Program-made: the position numbers and the translations under genes
The notes under the pieces: model-generated
What the model saw: the letters and a program-made list of their open reading frames with translations, nothing else
Databases searched by the model: none
Told to the model about the DNA's origin: nothing
Assembly (NCBI GenBank): GCA_963735395.1
Contig: CAVTKV010000015.1
Location: forward strand, 2,858 to 66,857
Source: an uncultured Acidimicrobiales bacterium
GTDB taxonomy: Bacteria; Actinomycetota; Acidimicrobiia; Acidimicrobiales; VFJN01
Direction of reading: 5' to 3'
Length of the DNA: 64,000 bases
Part shown: positions 44,007 to 53,331 of the stretch, one piece after another
Layout of the letters: each line of letters starts with the position of its first letter
Position numbering within the stretch: the first letter of the stretch is position 1

Positions 44007-45290
44007 GTGGACCCTCGCACCCGGTACATGCTGTCCCGCGCCGCGGCCGCAGCGGCGACCGCCACCGCCCTGCGGCCCGCCACCCGCTTCGGCCCGGCGA
44101 CCACCGTCGAGTTCGTGGTCGGCGTGCCGATCTCGGAGATGCCCCTGCAGGCGGCCGCGGCTCAGGGCGCGCTCGCGCTGCTCGGCGCCCGGGGTGGCCG
44201 GGCGGGGGGGTGGCGGGGTGCGGTCGGTCTGGGTCTGACCGCCGCGTCGGCTGCGGGGCTGTGGCGGCTGCACCGCGACGCGCAAGCCTCGGAGGGGGTG
44301 CTGGAACAGGCGCTGCGCGACGGCCTGGGGGCCGGCTACCGCGACGACATCACCGAGCCGTTCAGCCCGCAGCCCGCCGCGCCGATCAGCCGACGTTCGC
44401 TCCTGCTGCCCCGTGTCCCGTTGCGCCGCCGCTACACGACCGGCGGAAGCGACCTGTCCTACGGCGACGCCGGTCGACGCAACCGCCTGGACATATGGAG
44501 GCGGTCGGACCTGCCCACCGACGCGGGTGCGCCCGTGCTGCTGCAGGTTCACGGTGGCGCGTGGGTCATCGGCCAGAAGGAGGGCCAGGCGTACCCGCTC
44601 ATGGCCCACCTCGCCGATCGGGGCTGGGTGTGCGTCACGATCAACTACCGGCTGAGCCCCCGGGCGACGTGGCCCGACCAGATCGTCGACGTGAAGCGGG
44701 CCATCGACTGGACCAGGAGGATGATCGCCGCGCACGGCGGCGACCCTGACTTCCTCGTCATCACCGGGGGGTCGGCCGGTGGGCACCTGGCGTCGCTCGC
44801 GGCTCTCACCCCGGGGGTGGCCGCCTACCAGCCAGGATTCGAGGACGCCGACACGAGCGTGGCCGCGGCGGTGCCGTTCTACGGCGTGTACGACTTCACC
44901 GACCGCCACGGCGGGGCCAACCGCGGCCTCGAGTCGCTGCTGGCCACCCGCGTGTTCAAGACGACCCTGGCCGACGACCGCGCCAATTGGGACATGGCGT
45001 CGCCCATGAGCCACGTCGGCCCCGACGCCCCGCCGTTCTTCGTGCTGCACGGCACGAACGACACGATCGTGCCGGTCGAACAGGCACGCTCGTTCTCGTA
45101 CATGCTCCGCGAGGTGTCGCGCCGGCCGGTCGTGTACGCCGAGCTGCCCCGGGCGCAGCACGCCTTCGACATCCTGCCGTCGGTGCGGGCGCACCACGCC
45201 GTGCACGCGGTCGAGCGGTTCCTGGCCGTGGTCCGCAGCCGACACGGTGGTGCCACCCCCGCCGAGGCGGTCGATGCCGACCGGGCGTGA
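44007..45290 (+). CDS. Alpha/beta hydrolase, esterase/lipase (HSL-like) family
   Basis: In frame within ORF 43734..45290. GTG 44007 follows AGGAG (ATG 44028 is an alternative). Contains the oxyanion motif VHGGAW and nucleophile motif GGSAGG. Confidence 0.8.
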   Translation: MDPRTRYMLSRAAAAAATATALRPATRFGPATTVEFVVGVPISEMPLQAAAAQGALALLGARGGRAGGWRGAVGLGLTAASAAGLWRLHRDAQASEGVLEQALRDGLGAGYRDDITEPFSPQPAAPISRRSLLLPRVPLRRRYTTGGSDLSYGDAGRRNRLDIWRRSDLPTDAGAPVLLQVHGGAWVIGQKEGQAYPLMAHLADRGWVCVTINYRLSPRATWPDQIVDVKRAIDWTRRMIAAHGGDPDFLVITGGSAGGHLASLAALTPGVAAYQPGFEDADTSVAAAVPFYGVYDFTDRHGGANRGLESLLATRVFKTTLADDRANWDMASPMSHVGPDAPPFFVLHGTNDTIVPVEQARSFSYMLREVSRRPVVYAELPRAQHAFDILPSVRAHHAVHAVERFLAVVRSRHGGATPAEAVDADRA

Positions 45291-45301
45291 GCCCGAGTGC
45301 G

Positions 45302-45703
45302 TCAGGCAGTCGAGGGCGCCGGTTGGTAGGTGCCGAAGCACCACATGTTGCCCTCGGGGTCGCGGGCGGCGTACTCGCGTGAGCCGTAGGGCTGGTCGGT
45401 CAGCTCCATGACCACCTCGGCACCGGCGGCGGCCGCGCGGGCGAAGTGGGCGTCGGGGTCGTCGACCACCAGGTAGAGGCAGACCGGGCCCAGGTCGAAC
45501 GGGCTGCCGCTGCCTCGCGCCCCGCTGAGCATCACCATGCCGCCCGCCCAGGTGACCGTGGCGTGCACGATGCGGCCCTCGTCGTCGCGGGTGATGGCGC
45601 CCGGCACGAAACCGAACGTGTCGCGCAGGTAGCTGATGGCACCGTCGGCGTCCTTGTAGCTGAGCACCGGGTACACGGTGGGTCGGGTCGGGTCGATGGG
45701 CAT
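45302..45703 (-). CDS. VOC family protein (PhnB-like)
   Basis: 133-aa ORF with VYPVLSYKDADGAISYLRDTFGF and YGSREYAARDPEGNMWCFGTY. Confidence 0.8.
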   Translation of the reverse strand: MPIDPTRPTVYPVLSYKDADGAISYLRDTFGFVPGAITRDDEGRIVHATVTWAGGMVMLSGARGSGSPFDLGPVCLYLVVDDPDAHFARAAAAGAEVVMELTDQPYGSREYAARDPEGNMWCFGTYQPAPSTA

Positions 45704-45778
45704 GGGTCGACGGTACGGGCAATGATCGACGCGGGCTTGGATGAATGCGACCTCTCGGGTCGACGGTCGGTCGCCTGG

Positions 45779-46585
45779 TCAGCCGGAGACGCCGCCACTG
45801 TCGGGGAGCTGGGCCTGGACGAGCTGCGACGGCGTACATCCGCCCAGCGCGTGGAACTCGCGCACCAGGTGGCTGTGGTCGGCGTAGCCGCAGGCCGCGG
45901 CCAGGTCTGCGATCGACCGGATGGGCCCGGACTGCAGCAGGTCGACGGCTCGCCGGAAGCGCAGCACCCGGCCGGTGGGCTTGGGCGCCAGGCCGACCTG
46001 GGCCCGGAACCGGCTGCCGAAGTGGCGCCGGCTCCAGCCGATCTCGTCGGCCAGCAACCCGACGGGGACCCGGCCGTGAGAGCGCTCGAGCTGCCCCCAG
46101 GCCCACACGACCGCCGGGTCGGGGTGGGGGCCCTCGGTCGCCCGGTCGAGCAGCACCCGGTCGAGCAGGGCGAAGCGCGACGCCCAGTCGTCGGCCGAGG
46201 CCAGACGGTCGGTGAGCTCGGCGGCGAACGGCCCCAGCAGGTCGTCGAGGGCGACGCACTCGTTGGCCACCTCGTGGGGCGCTCCCAGCACGCGGGCCGC
46301 GCCCAGGGGTGTCAGGTCGACCTGCACGCCGTGCTGGCTGCCGTGGTGCTCGGTGACGGCGTAGCCGTCGTGGAGCCCGGCCACGAACGACGTCATGCGC
46401 CGGCCGCCTGACGTCGAGTGAGACATCTCGACCAGGTCGATCGGCTCGCCGAAGCTGATGATGATCGCCACCTGGCCGTTGGCCACCTCGCGTCGGCGGA
46501 ACGGCTGCTGGGCGCGTTCGACATAGCCGCAGTAGGCACCGGTGACCACCCCGGCCAACCCCGGGTGGGGGCGGCCGTGCGCCAT
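45779..46585 (-). CDS. AraC-family transcriptional regulator
   Basis: In frame within ORF 45779..47032. Starts at ATG 46585 (or GTG 46627). C-terminal dual HTH: LADEIGWSRRHFGSRFRAQVGLAPKP..IADLAAACGYADHSHLVREF. Confidence 0.8.
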   Translation of the reverse strand: MAHGRPHPGLAGVVTGAYCGYVERAQQPFRRREVANGQVAIIISFGEPIDLVEMSHSTSGGRRMTSFVAGLHDGYAVTEHHGSQHGVQVDLTPLGAARVLGAPHEVANECVALDDLLGPFAAELTDRLASADDWASRFALLDRVLLDRATEGPHPDPAVVWAWGQLERSHGRVPVGLLADEIGWSRRHFGSRFRAQVGLAPKPTGRVLRFRRAVDLLQSGPIRSIADLAAACGYADHSHLVREFHALGGCTPSQLVQAQLPDSGGVSG

Positions 46586-46727
46586 GGTCCACGAGAACCC
46601 GTCGCCCTCGTGGCTGGCGATCGACACGCCGTCGGCAGGCACGGCGCTCAGTCTGCCAAGCCGCCTGCCCGATCGCGAGGTCGCGGCTCGCGTAGCTGCC
46701 GCAGCACCCCCGATGTGTCCCCGGGCC

Positions 46728-47693
46728 TCACTCCTGCTCGTCTGGTACGCCGGCGTCGACGGCACCGGCGCGCTCGTCACGGGCGGCCCACTCGAGCAGC
46801 TCACCGATGGTGAAGACCGCGTGGTCGATGCCCGCGTGGAGATCACCGATCTCAGCGAAGCGCCGGGGCACGGTCTCCATGGTGCAGTCGTTCGGCTCGA
46901 CGGCGTCGACCTCGTCCCACGTGATCGGCGTCGACACCGGGGCCTCGGGCAGACCGCGCACCGAGTAGGCCGCGGCCATGGTGTGGTCCCGGGCGTTCTG
47001 GTTGTAGTCCACGAAGACCGCCGTGGGGTCACGGTCCTTGCGCCACCACGTGGTCGTCACAGCATCCGGGGCGCGTCGCTCGACCTCCCGGGCGAACGCC
47101 AGCGCGGCGCGGCGGACGTCGGCGAACCCGAACGACGGCTCGATGCGAACGTAGACATGCATCCCCTTGCCGCCGGAGGTCTTCGGCCAGCCGACCGCCC
47201 CGAGCTCGTCCAGCACCTCGTGCGCGACGTGGGCGACACGGCGGACAGTGGCGAGCGGGCAGTCCGGCATGGGGTCGAGGTCGATCCGCCACTCGTCCGG
47301 CTTCTCGACGTCGGCGCGCCGGGAGTTCCAGGGGTGGAACTCGACCGTCGACATCTGCACCGCCCAGATCACGTGGGCCAGCTCGGTCACGCAGAGCTCG
47401 TCGGCATGCAGCCCATAGCGCGGAAAGTGGACCCGCACGGTCTCCAGCCATGGCGGGGCCCCGGCCGGCACGCGCTTCTGATGGACCTTCTCGCCGCTGA
47501 CACCGGTGGGGAAGCGGTGCATCATGCAGGGCCGCTCCCGCAGGGCGTTGACGATCCCCGGCCCGACGGCGAGGTAGTAGTCGACCAGGTCGAGCTTGGT
47601 CGCTCCCGTGGCGGGGAAGTACACCCGATCCGGGTTGGAGATCCGCACCGTGCGGTCGCCCACCTGCACCTCGGTCGCCGGAGCCTTCGCCAC
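46728..47693 (-). CDS. Stand-alone NHEJ polymerase/primase domain protein (LigD PolDom-like)
   Basis: 321-aa ORF with RISNPDRVYFP, VEFHPWNSR, DEWRIDLDP, KTSGGKGMHVYVRI and VFVDYNQNARDHTMAAAYSVR. Confidence 0.85.
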   Translation of the reverse strand: MAKAPATEVQVGDRTVRISNPDRVYFPATGATKLDLVDYYLAVGPGIVNALRERPCMMHRFPTGVSGEKVHQKRVPAGAPPWLETVRVHFPRYGLHADELCVTELAHVIWAVQMSTVEFHPWNSRRADVEKPDEWRIDLDPMPDCPLATVRRVAHVAHEVLDELGAVGWPKTSGGKGMHVYVRIEPSFGFADVRRAALAFAREVERRAPDAVTTTWWRKDRDPTAVFVDYNQNARDHTMAAAYSVRGLPEAPVSTPITWDEVDAVEPNDCTMETVPRRFAEIGDLHAGIDHAVFTIGELLEWAARDERAGAVDAGVPDEQE

Positions 47694-47773
47694 CGGCGCG
47701 ACCGTACCGGCACCGCTGCGTCGGGCGATGGCGTCAGTGCCGACTGGGGGCAGTCCGCGCCGGTGGCGACGGA

Positions 47774-48019
47774 TCAGAAGACGGTGGCCCAGTCGTTCTT
47801 GATGCTGACCACCGTCCAGCCGTCGGCCTCGGCTTGCTCGAGCGCCTGCTCGGCACCGGCGGTGTAGTCGAACTCGCGCTCGGCGTCGTCGTGGAGGACG
47901 AGGAGCCGCAATGTCGGTTTGTCGGGGTGGTCAGTGAACTCGAGCATCGCCACGTCGCCGTTCGAGTTCCCGGCCGCGAGCAGTGGGCGCCGCCCGCCAC
48001 ACGCCGCGATCTCATCTGG
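47774..48019 (-). pseudogene. C-terminal 81-codon remnant of a HAD-superfamily hydrolase
   Basis: My translation gives PDEIAACGGRRPLLAAGNSNGDVAMLEFTDHPDKPTLRLLVLHDDAEREFDYT..GWTVVSIKNDWATVF-stop. An in-frame TGA lies immediately upstream (48020-48022), and no HAD motif I/II region is present. Confidence 0.55.
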
Positions 48020-48119
48020 TCAAGCATCCGCTCCCGGCCAGACGTGTCATCACCCCGAACGGACGAGAGCCGCCGAACCGGTCGGCGGGTGGGGGCACAT
48101 GTGTGCCGCGACTTGTGAG

Positions 48120-48842
48120 TCAGCGGAGGGTCGAGCGCGCGGTCGGCGCGAGGTACGTAGTTCGCAGCGTGAGGCCCTGGGAGTCGGCCACTGCCTCGGC
48201 TGCCGTGTTGGCGGCCTCGCCGTGGGCGCGGTCGGACAGCAGCCACACGGCCACGGTGACGTCCTCGTGGACGGGCAGGCGAGGGAAGTCGTTGGGGACG
48301 CCGGCGGTGACAAGGCGACCAAGCTCGGTCACGCCGTCTCCGGACACGGCGTGCCGTGCCGTAGTCATGGCCTCGGCCGCCTCCGCCCGCAACTGGTCAT
48401 CCCCCATGAGATCGTAGATGGCGGCCACCACGGTGGAGCCTGGGCGCTCGCTGCGGTTGTCGCCCTGTGGCCCCCGGCGCTGCGTGTGGGGAGCGTGGTT
48501 GGGGACGAAGGCTGGGGCGGAGCGATCCGGGACCAGTAGGTGCACGTCGGTGTGGTCGATCATCAGTTCGTTCGCCCGAGGGCCGAACTCCTTCCAGGTC
48601 GGGCCGCCGTAAAACGACGCCAGCGCCTCGGCCCGGACCGTAGGGTCCGGGAACCGGCGAACCCACACAAAACGGGCGTCGTCCCCGGGAACCGTGAACT
48701 GGCCCACGATGTCCATGCCGAGTTCCTCCTGGGAGGCCAGGAAGTGACGCTCGAAGTGCTCGACGAACGCCTCCACCCGCCCAGGAACCAGCGCGTAGGA
48801 GCGAAGCTCGACGAGCTGGGTAGCCGCCGCGGCACCGTTCAT
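48120..48842 (-). CDS. NIPSNAP-family protein (two repeats)
   Basis: In frame within ORF 48120..48959. ATG 48842 lies 8 nt after GAGAGGA. Contains LVELRSYALVPGRVEAFVEHFERHF..FYGGPTWKEF. Confidence 0.7.
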   Translation of the reverse strand: MNGAAAATQLVELRSYALVPGRVEAFVEHFERHFLASQEELGMDIVGQFTVPGDDARFVWVRRFPDPTVRAEALASFYGGPTWKEFGPRANELMIDHTDVHLLVPDRSAPAFVPNHAPHTQRRGPQGDNRSERPGSTVVAAIYDLMGDDQLRAEAAEAMTTARHAVSGDGVTELGRLVTAGVPNDFPRLPVHEDVTVAVWLLSDRAHGEAANTAAEAVADSQGLTLRTTYLAPTARSTLR

Positions 48843-49038
48843 CGCGACGATCCTCTCACGTCCCCCGAACACCGACCGGCGCACCCCGCAGGGCCAGGAT
48901 CCGCCAGGCCCACCGCGCACCAGCGGTCTGCGACCGGAGTCGCAACCGCTGAGAACCACCGGTCTTCGCTCAGAACATCGACCCGAGTTTCAGCGATCCG
49001 GGCATGGAACCGGCGATCGAGGTCACCCTGCGTCATGG

Positions 49039-49704
49039 TCAGAGAACGATCTCGACAAGATGTCGAGCGAGCGGCTTGGGGTGGTTCACGATGTCGAGAT
49101 GGGTGCCGAGGTGCTCGATCACCGGCCAGCCGAGCCCGCTGGCTCGGTCGGCGTCCCGGCGGTAGGCGTGGCTCAGCAGCAGGAAGCAGGCGGGGGTGCC
49201 ACACCAGCCGATGGGCTGGGTCAACGGCGCCTCGTAGAGCGTCAGTGGGATCTCGGGCAGCTCCGCTTCGATCTCGGCGCGACGGGCCCGGTCCGGAACG
49301 AGCGCGTCCATGACGCCCTCGCCCCACCAGGTCGACCACTTCGGCAGGATGCCGTCGCGGGCCAGCTCATCGAGCTGTTCGAGGACGTCAGCGCCTGCCG
49401 TCGCCTCACCTGCGCACGGCGGCAGGCCGGCATCGGCGAAGACGAGGGCGCGTATGGGTGCGCCAAGGTCAGCAGCGACCGAGGGCAGGAAGAAGCCGGC
49501 GCCGCTGTGCCCGACCAGGACGGTCGGGTCCTTCGATATCGGCTGGCGCGCTGCACGAACCACGGCCAGCGGCTCGCCACTGACCGCGGCTCGCCTGAGG
49601 TCGGGCACCGCAACGTGGTGACCAGACGCCCGCAACGCCTCGGCGACCCATCGCCACGTCGCCGGACCTACCAGCGGGCTGTGCAGCAGCACGAACCTCA
49701 TCAC
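49039..49704 (-). CDS. Alpha/beta hydrolase
   Basis: 221-aa ORF with MRFVLLHSPLVGPATW and the nucleophile elbow VGHSGAG. Confidence 0.75.
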   Translation of the reverse strand: MMRFVLLHSPLVGPATWRWVAEALRASGHHVAVPDLRRAAVSGEPLAVVRAARQPISKDPTVLVGHSGAGFFLPSVAADLGAPIRALVFADAGLPPCAGEATAGADVLEQLDELARDGILPKWSTWWGEGVMDALVPDRARRAEIEAELPEIPLTLYEAPLTQPIGWCGTPACFLLLSHAYRRDADRASGLGWPVIEHLGTHLDIVNHPKPLARHLVEIVL

Positions 49705-49847
49705 GCCAACGTGTCACACCCGACCGCCGCTCACCCGGCGGCATGGGGCATGGCCGTGGGCGTCCTGGCTCAGCTGCGATGAGTTCGTGCCGTTGAGGCG
49801 GTCTACACAGCGTTGATGCCGGACCGGCCGGCGCAAGGAGGACGACG

Positions 49848-50199
49848 ATGCCTGGCAACGAGCCGACTTCGCAGCGCGACCTCGACGGATACGGGGCGCC
49901 GCAGATCGAATGGGCGCGTGTGCGAGCTGTGCTGGACGGGGAGATCACCCAAGCGCCCGGCACGGGCGCGGGTCGTCGACGGCGCCGAGCTGCAGACGGT
50001 GGCCGAGGCCTTTGCCGCGCAGGGCTGGCCGGCCAGCGTGGCCGGCGACGCCCTGACTGCCGAGTTCAGCGCCCCGGCCGCCGGGCCGCCGCCGTGGCAC
50101 GTGTACATGGTCGTGCCGTCGAAGGTGTTCGCGCTCGGGACCGCAGAGCCCTACGGCGCGACCCGGTTCGATCTCGCCCCGCCGGCCGCGGCTGGCTGA
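49848..50199 (+). pseudogene. PPOX-family gene with its central part deleted (N- and C-terminal pieces in different frames)
   Basis: ATG 49848 lies 6 nt after AAGGAGG and gives MPGNEPTSQRDLDGYGAPQIEWARVRAVLDGEITQAPGTG. At about 49965 the sense continues in another frame as VVDGAELQTVAEAFAAQGWPASVAGDALTAEFSAPAAGPPPWHVYMVVPSKVFALGTAEPYGATRFDL. The FMN-binding core is missing. Confidence 0.6.
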
Positions 50200-50224
50200 C
50201 GCGGGAGCCGGGACCCGACACCAG

Positions 50225-50620
50225 ATGACCGACGACGAGACCCGGATCCGCACCCTGATCGAACGGTGGGCACGGGCAGTGCACGCCGGCGACCTGGACG
50301 GCGTGCTGGAGGATCACGCCGCCGACATCGTGATGTTCGACGTTCCTCCACCCAACGACGGGGTGAGGGGCATCGGCGCGTATCGCGAGACGTGGCCGCC
50401 GTTCTTCGACTGGCAACGACGAGGAGCGATCTTCGAGATCGTCGACCTGGACGTCACCGCCGGCGACGACGTCGCGTTCGCGCACGCGCTGCTCCGTTGT
50501 GGCATGCCCACCGAGCTGGACCAGGACCCGGACAACCGCCTTCGACTCTCCATCGGCCTGCGCAAGAAGAGCGGCCGGTGGATCGTCACGCACGAGCACC
50601 ACTCGTTCCCGTCGCCGTGA
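50225..50620 (+). CDS. NTF2-like (DUF4440/ketosteroid isomerase-like) protein
   Basis: 131-aa ORF with IRTLIERWARAVHAGDLDGVLEDHAADIVMFD and RKKSGRWIVTHEHHS. Confidence 0.75.
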   Translation: MTDDETRIRTLIERWARAVHAGDLDGVLEDHAADIVMFDVPPPNDGVRGIGAYRETWPPFFDWQRRGAIFEIVDLDVTAGDDVAFAHALLRCGMPTELDQDPDNRLRLSIGLRKKSGRWIVTHEHHSFPSP

Positions 50621-50665
50621 GTCTGATCGCCGCCGACCATCCGGCATTCCGGCCAACATTGGCCC

Positions 50666-51076
50666 GTGACGATCGAGGACATTCACCATGTCGGATTCAC
50701 GGTGAGCGACGTGGACGCGAGCGCGGCCTGGTACGTGAGGGTGCTGGGCTTCGAACGCGTCGGCGAGTACGAGGCTCCCTCTGGAGCCCGACGCAAGGTC
50801 TTCCTGCGCCATCCGGGACTGCGGGCCCGGCTGGGGCTCGTGCAACATCGCGGGACATCGACGTGCCCGTTCGATGAGACCCAGATCGGCCTCGACCACC
50901 TGGCCTTCCGGGTCGACAGCCGCGCCTCGCTGGAGAGTTGGGCTGAGCGGCTCGCCAACGCCGGCGTCCCGTTCTCGCCGGTCGCGAGCTCGCTGTCGAT
51001 CGCTGATGCAGCCGTCCTCGTGTTCCGGGATCCCGACAACATCCAGCTCGAGTTGTTCGCAGACCCCGACCGATAG
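50666..51076 (+). CDS. VOC family protein
   Basis: 136-aa ORF with IHHVGFTVSDVDASAAWYVRVLGF, LDHLAFRV and VFRDPDNIQLELF. Confidence 0.8.
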   Translation: MTIEDIHHVGFTVSDVDASAAWYVRVLGFERVGEYEAPSGARRKVFLRHPGLRARLGLVQHRGTSTCPFDETQIGLDHLAFRVDSRASLESWAERLANAGVPFSPVASSLSIADAAVLVFRDPDNIQLELFADPDR

Positions 51077-51094
51077 GTGATCGAGACTGCGTGG

Positions 51095-51308
51095 ATGACC
51101 GATGTCCTGGTGCTCGGCAGCGGTGCCCCGAACCCCGACCCCCGGCGAGGCGGCGGTTCCTCGCCAGCTCGTCCTGACACATCTCCTCCCTGCGCCGCGC
51201 TCCGACGAGGACGAGCTCGCCTACGTGAACGAGGTGCGCGCCGGCGGCTACGACGGGCCGGTCATCGTCGCTCGCGACCTGCTTCGCATCGCAGTCGAGC
51301 CACTGTGA
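51095..51308 (+). pseudogene. MBL-fold hydrolase remnant (about 23 N-terminal codons joined out of frame to about 48 C-terminal codons)
   Basis: MTDVLVLGSGAPNPDPRRGGGSS is followed, in the frame of ORF 51102..51308, by RQLVLTHLLPAPRSDEDELAYVNEVRAGGYDGPVIVARDLLRI. The HxHxDH core is absent. Confidence 0.55.
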
Positions 51309-52225
51309 GACCCGAGCAGCTCGGCCTGGGCTTCCGGTTCGAGGCGGCCGAACTCCTCGTCGACGAGCATGACGAAGGTGTGGGCGTAGGGCGGTAGGGC
51401 CTCCCAGCGACGAGCTGCCCACCCGAAGGTCACGGGGCGGAGCCCGTCGAGCGTGAGCGCGCGGAGGCCGGGTCGGGCTGCGAGGTCGTGTACCCACAGG
51501 GCCGGCACGATCGATTGGCCCACGCCGAGCTCGACGAGCTGGACGGCGGTGTCCCAGTCGTCGACGGTGGCGCTGAAGCGCAGACGGACCCCGTGGGCGG
51601 CGAGCTCGTTCTCGAGCTGCGCACGCGAGGTGGCGTGCGTGGGCATGCCGATGGGATGGATGGCGTGCAGCTCGGCGGGTCGGGGCGGCGGTCCTGCGGC
51701 CAGCGGGTCGTCGGCGGCGACGACGAGCACCCATGGGGTGCGAAGAGTGGGGCGGCGCTCGAGCTCGTCGTCGCCGGCGAGTGTCACGAAGGCGAGGTCG
51801 GCGTGGTCCGTGCGCAAAGCGTCGAGACACTGCCGCGTCGACGTGGCCGAGACGTAGTCGAACGTCACGGCCGGGTACCGGCGACGGAACTCGGCGAGAG
51901 GCCGGGTCATGAAGTGTCGGAGCGTGGTGCCGCCGGTGGCGACACGCAGCGAGCCACCGGCGCCGTGGCGGAGCCGGTACAGCTCGCGTCGGCCGGCGTC
52001 CAGTGCCCCGAGGGCGTCTGTGGCGGCGGCCAGCAGGATGTTGCCGGCGGCGGTGGGCGTGACACCTCGTCGGCCGCGCTCGAACAGGGCGATGTCGAAC
52101 TCGCGTTCGAGGCGGCGGATGTGCTGGCTGACGGCGGGCTGGCTCGTGCCGAGCCGGCGGGCGACGGCGCTCAGGCTGCCGGCCTCACAGGCGGCGACGA
52201 ACAGGCGCAGGTCGTCCAGTGTCAT
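51248..52225 (-). CDS. LysR-family transcriptional regulator
   Basis: In frame within ORF 51248..52579, from ATG 52225. Contains MTLDDLRLFVAACEAGSLSAVARRLGTSQPAVSQHIRRLE. The 3-prime end overlaps the MBL remnant. Confidence 0.85.
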   Translation of the reverse strand: MTLDDLRLFVAACEAGSLSAVARRLGTSQPAVSQHIRRLEREFDIALFERGRRGVTPTAAGNILLAAATDALGALDAGRRELYRLRHGAGGSLRVATGGTTLRHFMTRPLAEFRRRYPAVTFDYVSATSTRQCLDALRTDHADLAFVTLAGDDELERRPTLRTPWVLVVAADDPLAAGPPPRPAELHAIHPIGMPTHATSRAQLENELAAHGVRLRFSATVDDWDTAVQLVELGVGQSIVPALWVHDLAARPGLRALTLDGLRPVTFGWAARRWEALPPYAHTFVMLVDEEFGRLEPEAQAELLGSHSGSTAMRSRSRATMTGPS

Positions 52226-52331
52226 CAAGTCAGACCTTATGCCACTCCTACGACTCCATAGGATTGACTTGGGTATGGCGCTGGTCGACGATCGTCGGCA
52301 TGGGGCGGGAGCCGGCCAAGAGGTCAGCGCT

Positions 52332-53169
52332 GTGAGGCCGGACCCGCACCCGACGCTGGGCCAGGTCCTCGTCGTGGACGTCGGCAGCTCGATGACGAAG
52401 CTGGCGCTCGTGACCGGCGACCACCTGACCCGCCTCGGAACGTTCGCCACCGGGGGCGCCGGCGCCGTCGGCTGGGAGGCACGGTTCGACGCCGCGCTGG
52501 CCGACGCGATCAACCCCGGCTCGATCAGCCACGTGGCCCTTTCGTCGGTGGCACCCGTCCTGCCCGACCGGCTGCGCACCTGGTGGGCCGCGCCGTGTCG
52601 GGGGCCTGTGCCTGTCCGCCTCGTCAGCGCAGACTCGGTCGATCTGAGGATCGACTACCAGCCGCCGTCCGCCCTTGGCTCGGACCGGCTCGCGAACGCC
52701 GTCGCCGCGGTGGGACGCTGGGCGCGCCGGTGATCGTGGTGGACGTCGGTACGGCCATCACCTGTGATCTCGTCGTCGAGGGCCCACGCTTCGCCGGCGG
52801 TGCGATCGCGCCCGGCCCTGGCGCTGCCTACCAGGGCCTCGTCGATCGCGCTCCTCACCTGGCGCAGCCCGGCGGTCTCGCCCTCCACGGTGAGCTACCA
52901 GCTGGTCCCCACGTCCACGGCGGAGGCCGTGCGCGGTGGGCGTGCTGCACGGCGCCGCCGCTCTCGTCGACGGCCTCGTGCGTCGCCATCAGCGGCTGGT
53001 CGGGCCGTGCCCCGTGGTCGCCACCGGGGGTCTCGGGTCGACCGTGGCCCGCTACAGCGACACGATCACCGCCGTCGATCCCGACCTCACGCTGTGGGGC
53101 ATCCTCCTCGCCTCCACAACGACGACCCTGCGCCCGCCAGGCGAGCCGGTCACCACGGGGCCGACGTGA
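52332..53169 (+). pseudogene. coaX: Type III pantothenate kinase with three frame changes
   Basis: The pieces read VLVVDVGSSMTKLALV..GSDRLANAVAAVGRW (frame 0), GAPVIVVDVGTAITCDLVVEGPRFAGGAIAPGPGAAYQGLVDRAPHLAQ (frame 2), VPTSTAEAVRGG (frame 0), then VLHGAAALVDGLVRR..PVVATGGLGSTVA..DPDLTLWGILL (frame 1). GTG 52332 lies 8 nt after AAGAGG. Confidence 0.7.
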
Positions 53170-53331
53170 TCGAGCCCACCCACCGCCAGGTCGTGATCGC
53201 GAGGGATGTCCTTGTGGAAGGGGGTCCGAGCGGCCATGCTCACGGCGCGATCGCATCGCCGTCCCCGGCGAGCTCGACCGTGCGTCCCGACGGGGGACGC
53301 GCTGCTGCCCGATCAGCTCGGAGGACACCAC

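Noticed and set aside
43968-46592. 874-aa minus-strand ORF
   Set aside because: It is junk-like Arg/Pro/Gly sequence that overlaps the esterase gene in antisense and the VOC and AraC genes out of frame.
48839-49034. 65-codon minus-strand ORF (MTQGDLDRRFHARIAETR..) between the alpha/beta hydrolase and NIPSNAP genes
   Set aside because: The start/stop geometry is attractive: the ATG lies 2 nt after the hydrolase stop, and its TGA overlaps the NIPSNAP ATG. However, third-position GC is only about 70 percent and the sequence is Trp/Cys/Gly-rich with no motif, so support is insufficient.
50161-50180. GGTTCGATCTC, checked as a possible tRNA T-arm during a scan for tRNA genes
   Set aside because: It lies inside the PPOX remnant coding sense (TRFDL). 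No acceptor or anticodon stems can be built around it, and no other T-loop-like site was seen in the window.
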